A stretch of DNA of 64,000 nt from positions 22,361,380-22,425,379 of the forward strand of contig JBHGNT010000009.1 in the NCBI GenBank assembly GCA_043228905.1, read 5' to 3'. Shown in pieces: positions 53,920-64,000 of this stretch. The notes under the pieces are model-generated. The model had not been told where the DNA came from, did no database searches, and saw only the letters and a list, made by a program, of their open reading frames with translations. Source of the DNA: Azolla caroliniana. Taxonomy: Eukaryota > Plantae > Polypodiophyta. A program made the translations under genes and the position numbers. Within the stretch, counting starts at the first letter, position 1. Each line of letters opens with the position of its first letter.

Positions 53920-54305
53920 GGTGTAATATGGTTGGTAGGGATGTATGCCGTTAACTATGTTAGTCAACATGTTGCATTATGGGGCTCACTTTTTTAGACT
54001 TAATTTGTGGGTCAACCAAGGTTACTTATGGGTGGTTTTGACATGTGTGTTAATGCATCATAATCTATTACAATATTCTATTTTGCTTCAATCTCAATTT
54101 GATTTTCTCAAGGAGCCTAATTTGGTGAACTTTTTGCTACAAAAGGGATAGGAAGGTAGAAGAGACATGTGATATAACTCTACAAAACATTAATGTCATT
54201 CATCAAAAAGTATGGTTAACTAATGGCCAACAATGACTTGGGGGTTCTCGTCAAGAGTTCTCTAAAGTTCTCTCTAGGTGTAATGTGTTATTAATACATG
54301 CACCA
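53920..54305 (+). mobile_element. Degenerate L1 endonuclease fragment, continuing beyond the copia at ~62714-62850
   Basis: Translations GMYAVNYVSQHVALWGSLF (VYAPN....R..LW type), GQPRLLMGGFDM (GGDFN type) and, after the copia, DTWSKLQCQSYRYAK (TWSN.Q type). Confidence 0.5.
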
Positions 54306-54310
54306 CTAGG

Positions 54311-54366
54311 TGTAAAGAATCGGGTATGATTCTTGTGTAGCGGAATAGGTGTGAACTGTGTGTGTG

Positions 54367-54433
<67 letters not shown>

Positions 54434-54746
54434 GAGAGAGACAAGGAGTAAGACACAGAGTATACGCAAGGTAGATTATATTAACAAAGGAGAAAGACTC
54501 AACATTATACAAGGTGGGAGGAGGGTGCTTTATATAGTCACCCTCTCTCTTCATTAACTACAAGACTCATGGAGCACGGGGGATGTGAAAGCTCATAAGT
54601 TATGTGTCATAGAATATGATTCTATGACTCATACTAAATGCTAGAATACAAAGAGGTGACATAATGGTGACTCTTGACCGTTGGAGTGTTTATTCACTCT
54701 CAAGGTGAGTTCACACACTAGACAAAGTTGAGCTTGATTCTCAACA
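54311..54746 (-). repeat. 3' LTR (436 bp)
   Basis: Matches 62312-62708 except for about 8 small differences and a longer (GA)n; PPT adjacent at 54747-54760. Confidence 0.95.
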
Positions 54747-55020
54747 CACCCCCTCAAGCTCAAGTCGGGTCGGTTTCAGACGGTATCCGAAATCTGCTTC
54801 GACTCGCGTTCCGGAGTCCGCGTCAACTCGCGTAAACTCGCATTTATGCGGAGTTGCGGAATCCGTGCTCCAGCTTGCGTTGTGCGTAGTTGTGAAGTAT
54901 GTGCTTCGGCTTGCGTCTTTCTTCGCGGCTTTGTGCGGTAGATCGGCTCTTCGCGGCTTCGTTGTGCGGTTGCGGAATCCACGCTTCGCAACTTCCTTGC
55001 GTGGTTGCGGAATCCTCGCG

Positions 55021-58000
55021 TTATTGCGTAGTGTCTTCAGTACTCCCCCTCAAGCTTGGCAGGTCAGGGATCGTCAATCCGAGATCGGTCATGAATTGCC
55101 ACAACTTGTTGGCTCCTAAGGCTTTAATGAAGATGTCGACCGTTTGAAGATTGGTGCTAATGTGTTGTAGGTCGACATCGCCAGCTAGAATGCGCTCTCG
55201 GATGAAGTGATAGTGCACTTTGATGTGCTTTGTCCGCGCGTGGAACACCAGGTTCCGAGCCAGATAGATATTGCTCATGTTGTCGCAATAAAGGGAAGTA
55301 CGCCCAAATCCTTGAGTATCCTTTTGAGCCATACGGCTTCACATGCGGCCACTGCCGCGCTCTTGTATTCCGCCTCTGTGCTCGAAAGAGCGACGGTTGG
55401 TTGCTTTTGTTGCTCCAAGATATTGCTCCGCTGCCGAGGGAGAAAACAAATCCGGAGGTTGATCTTCTATCGGCTTTGTAGCCGGCCCAATCGACGTTTG
55501 TGTACCCCTCGAGTCGTATTGGCATCACGGTCTTGTAGAGGATGCTGCAATCCATTGTGCCGCTCACGTATCGTAGAACTCGCTTAGCGCAATCCAAGTG
55601 AGTATTACGCGATGTTTGCATGAATTGGCTAAGGAGACCGATCGGATAATTGAGATCGGGTCGTGTGATCGTGAGGTAGATGAGACTCCCGATACTGAGT
55701 CGGCTCAAGTCGTATTGGCATCTCAGTCTTGTAGAGGATGCCGCAATCCATTGTGCCACTCACATATCGTAGAACTCGCTTAGCGCAATCCAAGTGAGTA
55801 TTACACGGTGTTTGCATGAATTGGCTAAGGAGACTGATCGGATAATTGAGATCGGGTCGTGTGATCGTGAGGTAGATGAGACTCCCGATGAGTTGCTGAT
55901 ACTGAGTCGGCTCACACGCTTTGGTGACAAAGGTTGCATCTAGTTTGAGATTGCGATCGAGCGGGGTTGCTGCGGATTTGCACTCAACCATCCCGAACTT
56001 GTATAACAAGTTGAGGATGTAGTGCCGTTGAGAGATCATGATTCTGGCCGGAGTCCGAATTACCTCGATGTCGAGGAAGTAGTGGAGCTCCTTCATGTCC
56101 GTCATCTCGAACTTGTCGGAAAGGAGGGATTTGACCTTATTGATTTCGACGAGATGCTCACCTCCAATGACAAGGTCATCCACATATAGGATGATGACGA
56201 TTGGACTTGCGGAATCGCTTCGTATGTAGAGGGAGTTGTCCGATTTTGACATACGGAAGCCAATTTGATGAAGATATTGGGTTATCTTCGAATGCCAAGC
56301 ACACGGTGCTTGCTTGAGGCTGTAGAGTGGCTTCTTGAGTCAACATACATCTTTCGGATGGGTGCTCGAGTTGAAACCGGGTGGTTGTATCATGTACACC
56401 TCCTCTTCCAATTCGCCTTGTAGAAAGGCGTTCTTGACGTCCATTTGATGGAGGTGCCACCCTTTCGCCGTGGCAAGCGCAATTACGGTCCGTACCGTCG
56501 TCATCTTTGCCACCGGGGCAAAGGTCTCTTCGTAGTCAACTTCGTGCGTTTGGGCGTAGCCTTTCACTACGAGTCGCGCTTTGTAGCGGTTGACGGAACC
56601 GTCGGCGTTGTAGTTCACTTTGTAAATCCATCTGCATGCGATCGCCTTTTTGTGTGGTGAGGTGGGAACGAGATCCCACGTCTTGTTCTTGCGTAGTGCC
56701 TGCATCTCCTCGTTCATGGTTTCGATCCATCGCGTATCCTTGGTTGTTTCGGAAAATGTTTCCGACTCGCGTACTGTCGCCACCTTCATCATAAAGGCAT
56801 AGTGATATGCCATGTAGTTGTTGTAGCCGAATCGGCTGATCGGATTCTTTTCACAGGTGGAGCGACAGAGCTTTTCATTTGCAGAGATGAGGGCTTTCTT
56901 AGCTCCGATTGGTACATCAAAGCCGTTGAACTCACTATTGAGTGAGTGAGTCAACTCATCGTCGTTGAAGCGATCGTCTTCGTATTCCGCCATTTTCGCC
57001 TTGCCTTTGTCCATCTTCGGGCTAGGCCGCGATGTGCTTTGATTGCTCAAAGGCTCTTGTGGTCCGCTCAATCGGGTCGTGATCAGACTTTCTTCGAACA
57101 TGCACGTAAGGCGATCTTCATCCTCTATCTCTTGTTCGGCGGATTCCAGGTCAAGCGGAGTCAGAGTCGAAGTTGTCTTTGGTGCGTACCAGGATGCGGA
57201 CTCGTCAAAAACGACGTCTCGACTTACTCAAGATTTTTGAGTTGAGGGGTTGTAACACTTGTACCCCGTTTGCTCCAGTGAGTATCCTACCAGGGCAAAA
57301 ATTTGACGGGTGTAATGCCCGTCAAAGGCCATTTTGCCCGTCAAAAACATACATCTAATAAAAATGTCCGTCAAATGACATATAAAGTATAAAATTTTCC
57401 TTTTCATATGAAAGGCCACTAAAAATTATCCATGTCAAATGACATGCTAAAATTCTAATTTCCATGTCATATAATATATATATATATTATATGTAATAAC
57501 TAATAAGTTATAAGTTATAACTATGTGTGTAGTATGTAGTTACAACTTACTAAGTTACTAGTATAAAGTGTGTAATATACTAGGTCCTAGAATTAAGAGT
57601 CTAGTCTAATATATATTAATATGACAATATTATAACTTCTAAGTTTATATATATGTATTTAGTTACTAGTATATATATATATATATATATATATCTTATA
57701 TGTTTTTTAAAAACACACTTAAAATAAAAAATATAAATTGTAAGTTGTAAATTGTAATGATGAATCATGATTTATGATATAAATTCTCAAATCGATTTAA
57801 AATTTTAACAATAACATTAGTCATTTATTAAATACTCTAATATACTTTTTTTTTCGAAAAAAAAATACTTTAAATTCTAATATACTAGAGTGTAGAGTCT
57901 AGACTCTAGGTTTAATTTAAGTTTTAATTTAAAACTAAAAATTTTACTAACCATCTTTTTATACTTATAAGTTATTACATTTTACTATTATCTATGCTTT

Positions 58001-61000
58001 ATTAAAAAATTAAGGTTAATAATAACTTATTAGTACAGAACAAAGGTGAGTACTTCTATTAGGGTAGCAAGCTATTCTTCCACAGTCCACTTAAAAATTA
58101 TTGATTTTATATGTAGTTTTTCTGCAGCAACAATAGAAGAAGACACCCTTCAAGGCTAGGCTTAAGCTTCAACATTTTAAATAGGTAAGTTACCATCTAT
58201 TACATTATGTAATATTATACAATATAGTTTTTGTATTACTTAAGCAATAACTTGCCTGATTGTATTATATTGAAATGAAATACTTTTAATACACAAGTTT
58301 TAAGTTAAAATTAAAACTTTTAATAGTTACCATCCTTTTTATAGTTATTAAGTTATTACTAATAACTATCATCTATGCTTTATGAAGAAATTAAGGTTAG
58401 TAATAACTTATTAGTATAGAAAATAAGTGAGTAAGTACTTCTATTAGGGTAGCAAGCTATTGTTTCACTTAAAAATTATTGATTTCATATGTATTTCTAC
58501 AGCAACAATAGAAGAAGACATCCTTCAAGGCTAGGCTCAAGCTTCAACATTTCAAATAGGCAAGTTACCATCTATTACATTATGTAATATTATACAATAT
58601 AGTTTTTGTATTATTTAAACAATAACTTGGCTGTTTGTATTATATTGAAATGAAATAGTTTTAATACACAAGTTTTAAGTTAAAATTAAAACTTTTAATA
58701 GTTACCATTCTTTTTATAGTTATTAAGTTATTACTAATAACTATCATCTATGCTTTATGAAGAAATTAAGGTTAGTAATAACTTATTAGTATAGAAAATA
58801 AGTGAGTAAGTACTTCTATTAGGGTAGTAAGCTATTGTTCCACTTAAAAATTATTGATTTTATATGTAGTTGTTCTGCAGCAACAATAGAAGAAGACATC
58901 CTTCAAGGCTAGGCTCAAGCTTCAACATTTTAAATAGGTAAGTTACCATCTATCACATTATTTAATTTTATACAATATAGTTTTTGTATTACTTAATAAC
59001 TTGGTTGTTTGTATTTATTTTACGTATTTCATTATCTTTGTGAGGTAGTTATGTTCATTTGTGTACTTTCTATAGCAATAAAATATATAACAATGTAACA
59101 TTACATAGAGCTTTTCATGTCTAAAATCTGTATGTCAAATGACATGTTAAGTTTTTGCAATCTTCTGTCATATGACATACATCTTTAAAAAATGCCCGTC
59201 AAAAAACTTTAAGACTAACCCGTCAATTTTAGGCCCTGTATCCTACGAGGATACATTTCTCTGACTTCGGGTCAAGCTTTTGACACTTCTCGTTGGGGAT
59301 GTGCACATACGCTATCACGCCGAATATCCGGGTGTGCGATAAGTCCGGCTTCTTTCCAAAGTATTTTTCGTGCGGAGTGACCTCGTGCACCCCGGATGTT
59401 GTGCACCGGTTCATTAGGTAGACGACCGTATTTGCAGCTTCGGCCCAATATGACTTGGGCATATGCTTCTCATTCATCATGGCCCGTGCTACTTCGAGGA
59501 TGTGCCGATTTTTGCGCTCGGCTACTCCGTTTTGTTGCAGAGTGTGTCGACAAGTGAATTCTCGCCGAATTCCTTCCTTTCGGAGATACGTCGTGAAATC
59601 GTCCGAGAAGTACTCCTTGCCGATCTCCGATCGGAGACATCGTACATGTCGGCATGTGGCTTTCTCCACTTCATTCTTGAATTTTTGGAAGTGTCTGAAC
59701 ACTTCGATCTTTTGCCGCATCGGGTAGATCCAAGTGTGCCTAGAGAAGTCATCGATGAAGAGAACGTAATATCGGCATCCGTTGAATGTAGCCGTCTGTG
59801 CCGGTCCCCATACGTCGGAATGGACTACGTCGAGTAGACCTTTGCTCACGTTTCGCTCTTTCGGGAATGGGTGTCGGTGTTGCTTGCCGAATTGGCACGC
59901 TTCGCATACACCTTCAATCTCCTTCTCTTTGAATGTCGGAAGTCCGATGACGACTCCTTTCGATTTCATTGCTTTGAGTTTGTTGAGATTGAAGGAACGG
60001 AACATTGCCGATGTGCCGAATCGGGTGCATAGTGTCATCTCCTGTTTCGACATAACCGGGTCGCTCCGGCTCTCGAAGTTCGAGAAACCATTCTTTATGG
60101 GATGTCATATGGTTTGAGGCTCCGGAGTCAACAAACCATACGTCCTCCGGATTGAGGGCACTAGTTGAGGTAGAGGCCAACATAGAGTTTGCTCTATGTT
60201 TCATCATGAACATTCCGCCACGGTCGGAGTTGTGTGCATACATTCCGCCACGATCTTCGTAGTCGGAGTTGTGCCCGTACATTCCGCTATACTCTTCGTA
60301 GTCGGAATTGTGCACGTAATTCGTGAGTTGTCGGCTTGTGGAAGCTGATTCACGCATCTTCTTTCGACACTCTTCTTCGTGGTGACCGAGCTTTCCGCAA
60401 TATCCGCATTCGGTTGCGTTTTGACGGCTTGGGCCGGAGTGGAAGCTCCCCCTTCTTGCGAAGGTTCCTCATTGGCTTCCGTTTTGCGGCCGAAATTGGG
60501 AGTTGTTGTCGTAGGTTGGACCTCGTCCGCCTTGTCCTTGGCCAAATCGGCCTCTCGCTCGTCCGCGTCCTCTTCCTTCGTTCGAGAGCGTGTAGAGCAT
60601 GTGGCCTTCCGACTCATTGCTCCTTGTACGCACGTGGTTTTCTTCGACCAATAGCATTGATTGGAGCTCGAAAAAGGAGGGAGATTTCACCCTTGCTAGA
60701 ACGGCGGTTCGCATCGCGCCGAACCGTGGTGCAAGGCCGCTGAGGCATATTTGCACCATCTCATCATCATCGATACTTACGCTTATCGAGCCGAGCGAGT
60801 TACAAAGCTCCTTGATCTTCAAGGTGTATGTCGTGATGGACATGTCCCTTTGTTGAATGTTGTTCAACTCTTGGCGGAGTTGAAGCCTTCTTGCGGTTGT
60901 GTTCGCCGCAAAAATCTTTCGTAGATTTTCCCATGCCTCCTTCGGCGCCTTGGCTTTGCGAATGTAGCCGAGCATGTGATCATGAACACATGTCGCTAAG

Positions 61001-61200
61001 CAATACATCACGCAGCTTGCGGCTTGCTCCCATGTCGCGTATCCGGGAGCCGCTTCGACAGGTCGGTCTTCGTGCTCTCCTTTGATGTAGCTCCAATAGC
61101 CTTGTCCGACAAGGTATTGGTGCATCTTGTACTCCCAAGATGCGAAGTTGTTTCGATCCAACTTCTCGGTAGGGAGAGCGCTCCCCATTTGAGTATTCAT
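55021..61200 (-). pseudogene. copia gag-pol pseudogene
   Basis: gag (KLDRNNFASW, ARRLQLRQEL), in-frame TGA at 60469, zinc knuckle CGYCGKLGHHEEEC, protease WFVDSGASNHM, integrase VHSDVWGP...QQNGVAERKNR, RT YKARLV...QMDVKNAFL...LYVDD, RNase H YCDN...RTKHI. Disrupted by frameshifts, a deletion, a duplication and an insertion. Confidence 0.93.
57291..59238. mobile_element. 1948-bp non-autonomous hAT DNA transposon inserted in the copia integrase
   Basis: Perfect 8-bp TSD TATCCTAC (57283-57290, 59239-59246); TIRs CAGGGCAAAAATTTGACGGGT vs CAGGGCCTAAAATTGACGGGT (18/21); CCGTCAA subterminal motifs. Removal rejoins KCILVGY-SLEQTGYKCYNP. Confidence 0.93.
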
Positions 61201-62299
61201 TATGTCGATTCTTCTTCTTCTTCTTCTCTCTTCGAATGCAAGCTATGTAGCGAAGCTACAATATTGATGAGTCGGTTCTTTTTGAACGTCGGCGTTGTCG
61301 TGAAGATTTTCGGCAATAGTGTGAAAATCACATAAAACGTACAAAATCGAGTATGAATCATGTAATACAATAATTGTGAAGATAACATTTTTAATATCTA
61401 AGTACAAAATGATGGAGGTTTCGAATGCACTTTATTACACGAGAAATGGACAACTAAATGTCAAGATATGAGGGTATAAAGTTTGTGAAAAGAAAAGAGA
61501 AAATTGTGAGATATCCCACATAGGCACGACAAATACGGCTCTCATCATATATAAGGTGGAGCAAAAGATATTATCTTTGTGTCTATGTGTGGAGCATAGA
61601 GAGTTTAAGGTAACTTGAACTTAGAGTGGAGGTGGCTAGCTACTTGAAAAGGGTTTTGGCCAACCAAAACCGGATCGGCGATGGAGCCGGTGATCCGGCG
61701 GCATCCGGCGACGGCACCGGTATCCGGCGAATCGGCGACTAGATAAAATAAATATATAAAAATATATACATATTTACATATACAAGAAGGGCAAATATGG
61801 ATTCAAACCTTGCACCTCCAAGTTAGGAGTCAAATGGCTTACCATTAAGCCATAGTATTTAACTAAAATTATATTTCTATCATTGTACTTTTACATGTAA
61901 ATTCTCATCCATGAGTGCTAAAATGAGTGACATGGTTAGCATGCACCACATGTAATACTTAAGCGCCAAATGGCAAACATGCAATTTATGCATGTCTTGT
62001 ACCCTCACATGCATCATATGCATGAGAGCATCTATAAAAGAGGGAAGGGGGAGGAGAAAAACATGGTTTTTTTTATGAAAATTAAGAGGAAGAAATTCGT
62101 TTCCAAATCAATCATGTAATCTCAACTTCTCTCTTTCCCAATCTATCTTAAGTACTTTCTCGCCAAAGCTTGTATCGACTCTAAATCCTTCTGGTCCAGA
62201 ACCCCGGCGGTTCCGCCTCACGATCCGCGCGTAGTGACGGATCTTCACGACAACGTAGAGCTCAACACACGCGAATGGGCTAGATGGAGCTACCAAATC

Positions 62300-62311
62300 G
62301 CTCTGATACCA
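62300..62311 (-). promoter_or_regulatory. Primer-binding site (initiator tRNA-Met)
   Basis: TGGTATCAGAGC immediately inside the 5' LTR. Confidence 0.95.
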
Positions 62312-62708
62312 TGTAAAGAATCGGGTATGATTCTTGTGTAGTGGAATAGGTGTGAACTGTGTGTGTGTATGAGAGAGAGAGAGAGAGAGTGAGTGAGAGA
62401 GAGACAAGGAGTAAGACACAGAGTATATGCAAGGTAGATTATATTAACAAAGGAGAAAGACTCAACATTATACAAGGTGGGAGGAGGGTGCTTTATATAG
62501 TCACCCTCTCTCTTCATTAAGTACAAGACTCATGGAGCATGGGAATGTGAAAGCTCATAAGTTATGTGCCATAGAATATGATTCTATGACTCATACTAAA
62601 TGCTAGAATACAAAGAGGTGACATAATGGTGACTCTTGACCGTTGGAGTGTTTATTCACTCTCAAGGTGAGTTCACACACTAGAACAAGTTGAGCTTGAT
62701 TCTCAACA
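62312..62708 (-). repeat. 5' LTR (397 bp)
   Basis: Direct repeat of 54311-54746 with TG..CA ends. Confidence 0.95.
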
Positions 62709-62906
62709 CTAGGTACTAAGGAGCTTTTGGACACGTGGAGTAAATTGCAATGTCAAAGTTATCGTTATGCTAAGATGCAACAACTAAGGGATGGGCTTAA
62801 TGTCAACCTCATTTGGTTTTTCAAGGTTTATATCCTACGTATGCTTGATCTAAGGTTGTGTATGTGAAGCAAGGGGATTGGAGTTTTTTTCACTTTTTTA
62901 TTGCCT

Positions 62907-62938
<32 letters not shown>

Positions 62939-63169
62939 GTCAGTGGTGATCGGTCCTCCATGGATTTTATAATGGATTCAACTACAATAATTGCAATATT
63001 TGCCCATTACTTAAGGAGTTGCTTGACCTACACTTGTTCATGATTAATGAGGTAATTTGAGCATACCATGATTTTTATGATGTGGTTGGAAAAAAGGGGT
63101 AGATGTTCTTGATGGCGCAAGGTGAGGGGACGATATTAGTATGCATGAACACTATGTTGTCTATAGGTT

Positions 63170-63640
63170 GATAGTTATGGGATGCAAGTCATCGACACGC
63201 ATGCAGGAAGGCCATGTCAAGCTAGGCCGAGCCAGGCTAGGTTAGGTTATGGGTGTGTTGCTTGCGGGAACTTTCGATACATACCACCCCCCGATAGTTA
63301 CGGGATGCGAGTCATCGACACGTGGGCGGTCAAGAAGGCCATGCCACGTCAGGTTATGGGGTGGTGTGTTGCTTGTGGGCACTTTCGATACATACCGCCT
63401 GCAGTAGTTACGAGGTGCGAGTCATCGACAACGTAGGCAGGCAGGAAGGGCATGTGAAGGCAGGCCAGGTCATGTTATGGGGGTGCTGCTTGTGGGCATG
63501 TTCGAAACACACCACCCCCTGGTAGTTATGGGATGCGAGTCATCGACATGTAGGCAGGAAGGCCAGGCCAGGTCAAGCCAAGCCAGGCCAAGTTATGGTG
63601 TGTTGCTTGTGGGCACTTCCAGGACATACTACCCCAAGGG
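63170..63640. repeat. GC-rich tandem repeat ~110-123 bp x4
   Basis: tagttatgggatgcgagtcatcgaca recurs at ~63172, 63295, 63405 and 63523. Confidence 0.85.
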
Positions 63641-63831
63641 TTTCCTTAATCCTTCTACCGCTATGCTTAGGAGTGTGTGGAAAGAGCCCGGAGGTTTGTT
63701 TTTCTGGAGACACACAGACAGACAGAGACATTCCATACCCACTTCAAAAAACTGTATTTTGCAGTGATTTACCTCCTCCTCCTCGTCCTCTGCTTCCTTT
63801 CGTTTTGAGAGCCTTCTTCTCATTCTCTCAG

Positions 63832-63883
63832 GCCGATTCGTTCAGGAAAGGACATCAACATGGATAGCGAGGTTATTCAGAAG
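63832..63883 (+). other. Possible first coding exon of a gene running out of the window (MDSEVIQK|gt)
   Basis: Pyrimidine-rich acceptor ttctctcag, ATG at 63860, donor AAG|GTATG; no recognisable homology. Confidence 0.25.
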
Positions 63884-64000
63884 GTATGCTTCACACACAT
63901 ACACAAATACCGACACACTGAGAGAGAGAGATGTTATGAGAGAGAGAGAGAGATGATATGTTACCTTAAATTTCTTCAAAATGCTAACCAAACAACTATA

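Larger units (their letters stand above)
54311..62708 (-). mobile_element. Structurally complete Ty1/copia LTR retrotransposon (inactivated)
   Basis: TG...CA LTRs, 5-bp TSD CTAGG (54306-54310, 62709-62713), PBS TGGTATCAGAGC, PPT AGCTTGAGGGGGTG, and domain order gag-PR-IN-RT-RH. Confidence 0.97.

Noticed and set aside
60469-60471. Programmed readthrough between gag and pol
   Set aside because: The in-frame TGA precedes the zinc knuckle and is most simply a CGA>TGA deamination in an element with many lesions.

Overview
Gene-rich stretch of an intron-containing land-plant nuclear genome (gene content and repeat style suggest a non-seed plant such as a fern; this is inference). I reconstructed six spliced protein-coding genes by hand from GT-AG junctions and family motifs: plastid ribosome recycling factor (-), JASON-like (+), eIF2B beta (-), an SPL7-type SBP-box factor (-), a plastid-targeted cyanobacterial-type ChuX/HutX heme-binding-like protein (-) and a plastid TPR protein (+). 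The last two are head-to-head with only 116 bp between their start codons. There is also one tRNA-Lys(UUU). Transposon content: four hAT-like MITEs sharing a TCGGCAACGG-type TIR core (one nested pair, one inverted pair), a SWIM/MULE remnant, L1 LINE fragments, and a structurally complete but dead Ty1/copia element. That copia sits inside an L1 endonuclease fragment and carries a 1.9-kb non-autonomous hAT. The most notable item is the ChuX/HutX-like plastid gene with its compact divergent partner and MITE/repeat-laden intron. Homology calls come from recalled motifs, not from database searches.
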